Source: Trueperaceae bacterium | Lineage (GTDB): Bacteria > Deinococcota > Deinococci > Deinococcales > Trueperaceae | Reading direction: 5' to 3' | Assembly: GCA_965214405.1 (NCBI GenBank) | Contig: OZ243956.1 | Location: forward strand, 1,792,001 to 1,856,000 | DNA length: 64,000 nucleotides | In this document: positions 61,389 through 64,000 of the stretch, piece by piece | Position numbering within the stretch: position 1 is the first letter of the stretch | Layout of the letters: each line of letters starts with the position of its first letter | Notes under the pieces: model-generated | Database searches by the model: none | What the model saw: only the letters and a program-made list of their open reading frames with translations | Told to the model about the DNA's origin: nothing | Position numbers and translations under genes: made by a program

Positions 61389-61623
61389 AAGGGCTCATGA
61401 ACATGTCGCCCAACTCGGCACTCGAGCAAAGCCGCCATATTTTTATGCAGTTCTTCCCCTGAACAAGGGATTTTTTCGTACAGAAGAAGTTGAAAAGTCG
61501 TCCGCGTCAATCTTGACGCGGACGCTCTTGTAACCGTACTCCCTTGCGAGAACGGTGAAAAAAGGCTTCGGGAATGACGCTACACTACTTTAGACGTTTG
61601 GCTCGAGCCAAACGTTACCCAAC

Positions 61624-61652
61624 AAAAAAGAGCGACCCGGAGGCCGCTCTTC
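61624..61652 (-). terminator. Intrinsic terminator after groEL
   Basis: Minus strand AAGAGCGGCC-tccg-GGTCGCTCTT-TTTT. Confidence 0.8.
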
Positions 61653-61673
61653 AAACTTGACAAATTTAGGCGT

Positions 61674-63344
<1,671 letters not shown>

Positions 63345-63408
63345 TCAGTCTCTCTGGTTTTCTTTTGGTTTTGCTTGGGTCTTGTCTGGGTGTAAACGTG
63401 CTAAGAAC

Positions 63409-63696
63409 TTACGCGATGATCGCGTGGATGTCGCGCTCGCTCAAAATCATCAGGTCTTTGCCTTCTAAGGAAAGCTCGGTGCCGCCGTACTTGGCGAACA
63501 TGACCGTGTCGCCTTCTTTGACTTCTAAAGCGATACGCTCGCCGTTGTCCATCACTTTGCCGGTGCCTACCGCGACGACTTTACCGCGCTGGCTCTTCTC
63601 TTTGGCGGTGTCGGGCAGGACGATTCCGCTCGAGGTGGTCTGCGGCTCGTCGATGACTTCGACGACGACTTTGTCTCCTAAGGGTTTGAGTGTCAT
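63409..63696 (-). CDS. groES: Co-chaperonin GroES
   Basis: [24 protein letters not shown]. Confidence 0.99.
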   Translation of the reverse strand: MTLKPLGDKVVVEVIDEPQTTSSGIVLPDTAKEKSQRGKVVAVGTGKVMDNGERIALEVKEGDTVMFAKYGGTELSLEGKDLMILSERDIHAIIA

Positions 63697-63729
63697 GTAT
63701 TACCTCCGTGACATTTGGTTTACATATTT

Positions 63730-63756
63730 TTAGCACTCACACCAGGCGAGTGCTAA
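63730..63756. promoter_or_regulatory. CIRCE element (HrcA operator)
   Basis: Perfect TTAGCACTC-N9-GAGTGCTAA. Confidence 0.97.
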
Positions 63757-63764
63757 CTGCCTTC

Positions 63765-63793
63765 ATCGTACGTTAACAAGCGCGACATGTCAA
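63765..63793 (-). promoter_or_regulatory. Sigma70-type groESL promoter
   Basis: TTGACA-17 nt-TACGAT on the minus strand, just upstream of CIRCE. Confidence 0.85.
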
Positions 63794-63797
63794 GTCC

Positions 63798-63818
63798 CTT
63801 GAGTCGTGTCGACTCAGG
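63798..63818. promoter_or_regulatory. HAIR element (HspR operator)
   Basis: CTTGAGT-N7-ACTCAGG, one mismatch to CTTGAGT-N7-ACTCAAG. Confidence 0.8.
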
Positions 63819-64000
63819 TTTTTATCAAAATACGTCTAAGGAGGCAGGAGCGCATCTTTATACAGAGTTTCACAGGGTGCCTACACAAGCTGGGCGCGGA
63901 TTCATGCAGCTTTATGTAGAGCAAACAAATCTACACGGACGCGTCAGCCGCGCTTAAGCCCGAAAAGAAGACCGGGAACGAACGAGACGGCGAAGGTGAT

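Overview
GC-rich (~62%, estimated) bacterial chromosome segment, most likely Deinococcota (Truepera-like, inferred from SpoVS, gltB, the small RHH regulator and pervasive leaderless genes). It is mostly housekeeping: icd, moeA, hisCBH, rapZ-yvcK, murA, an Ugp-like ABC importer, a two-component pair, gltB, the ilvBNC-leuA-cimA operon with a leader-peptide attenuator, alkaline phosphatase, a DUF3299/ABC metal-type operon, spoVS, rsmB, lon and groESL (CIRCE plus HAIR). I saw no rRNA, tRNA, CRISPR array, transposase or integrase. Four signals are not explained by the gene list. (1) The palindrome CTCGAG is iterated about 160 times by manual count (roughly 7-8x expectation) in all frames and in intergenic DNA, while GATC is strongly depleted; this resembles a HIP1-type system. 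(2) Toxin-antitoxin cassettes are stacked inside housekeeping operons, with toxins reduced to micro-remnants and antitoxins kept in tightly coupled chains. (3) spoVS and rsmB appear to start at ATC. (4) Intergenic heptamer tandem repeats resemble cyanobacterial STRRs.
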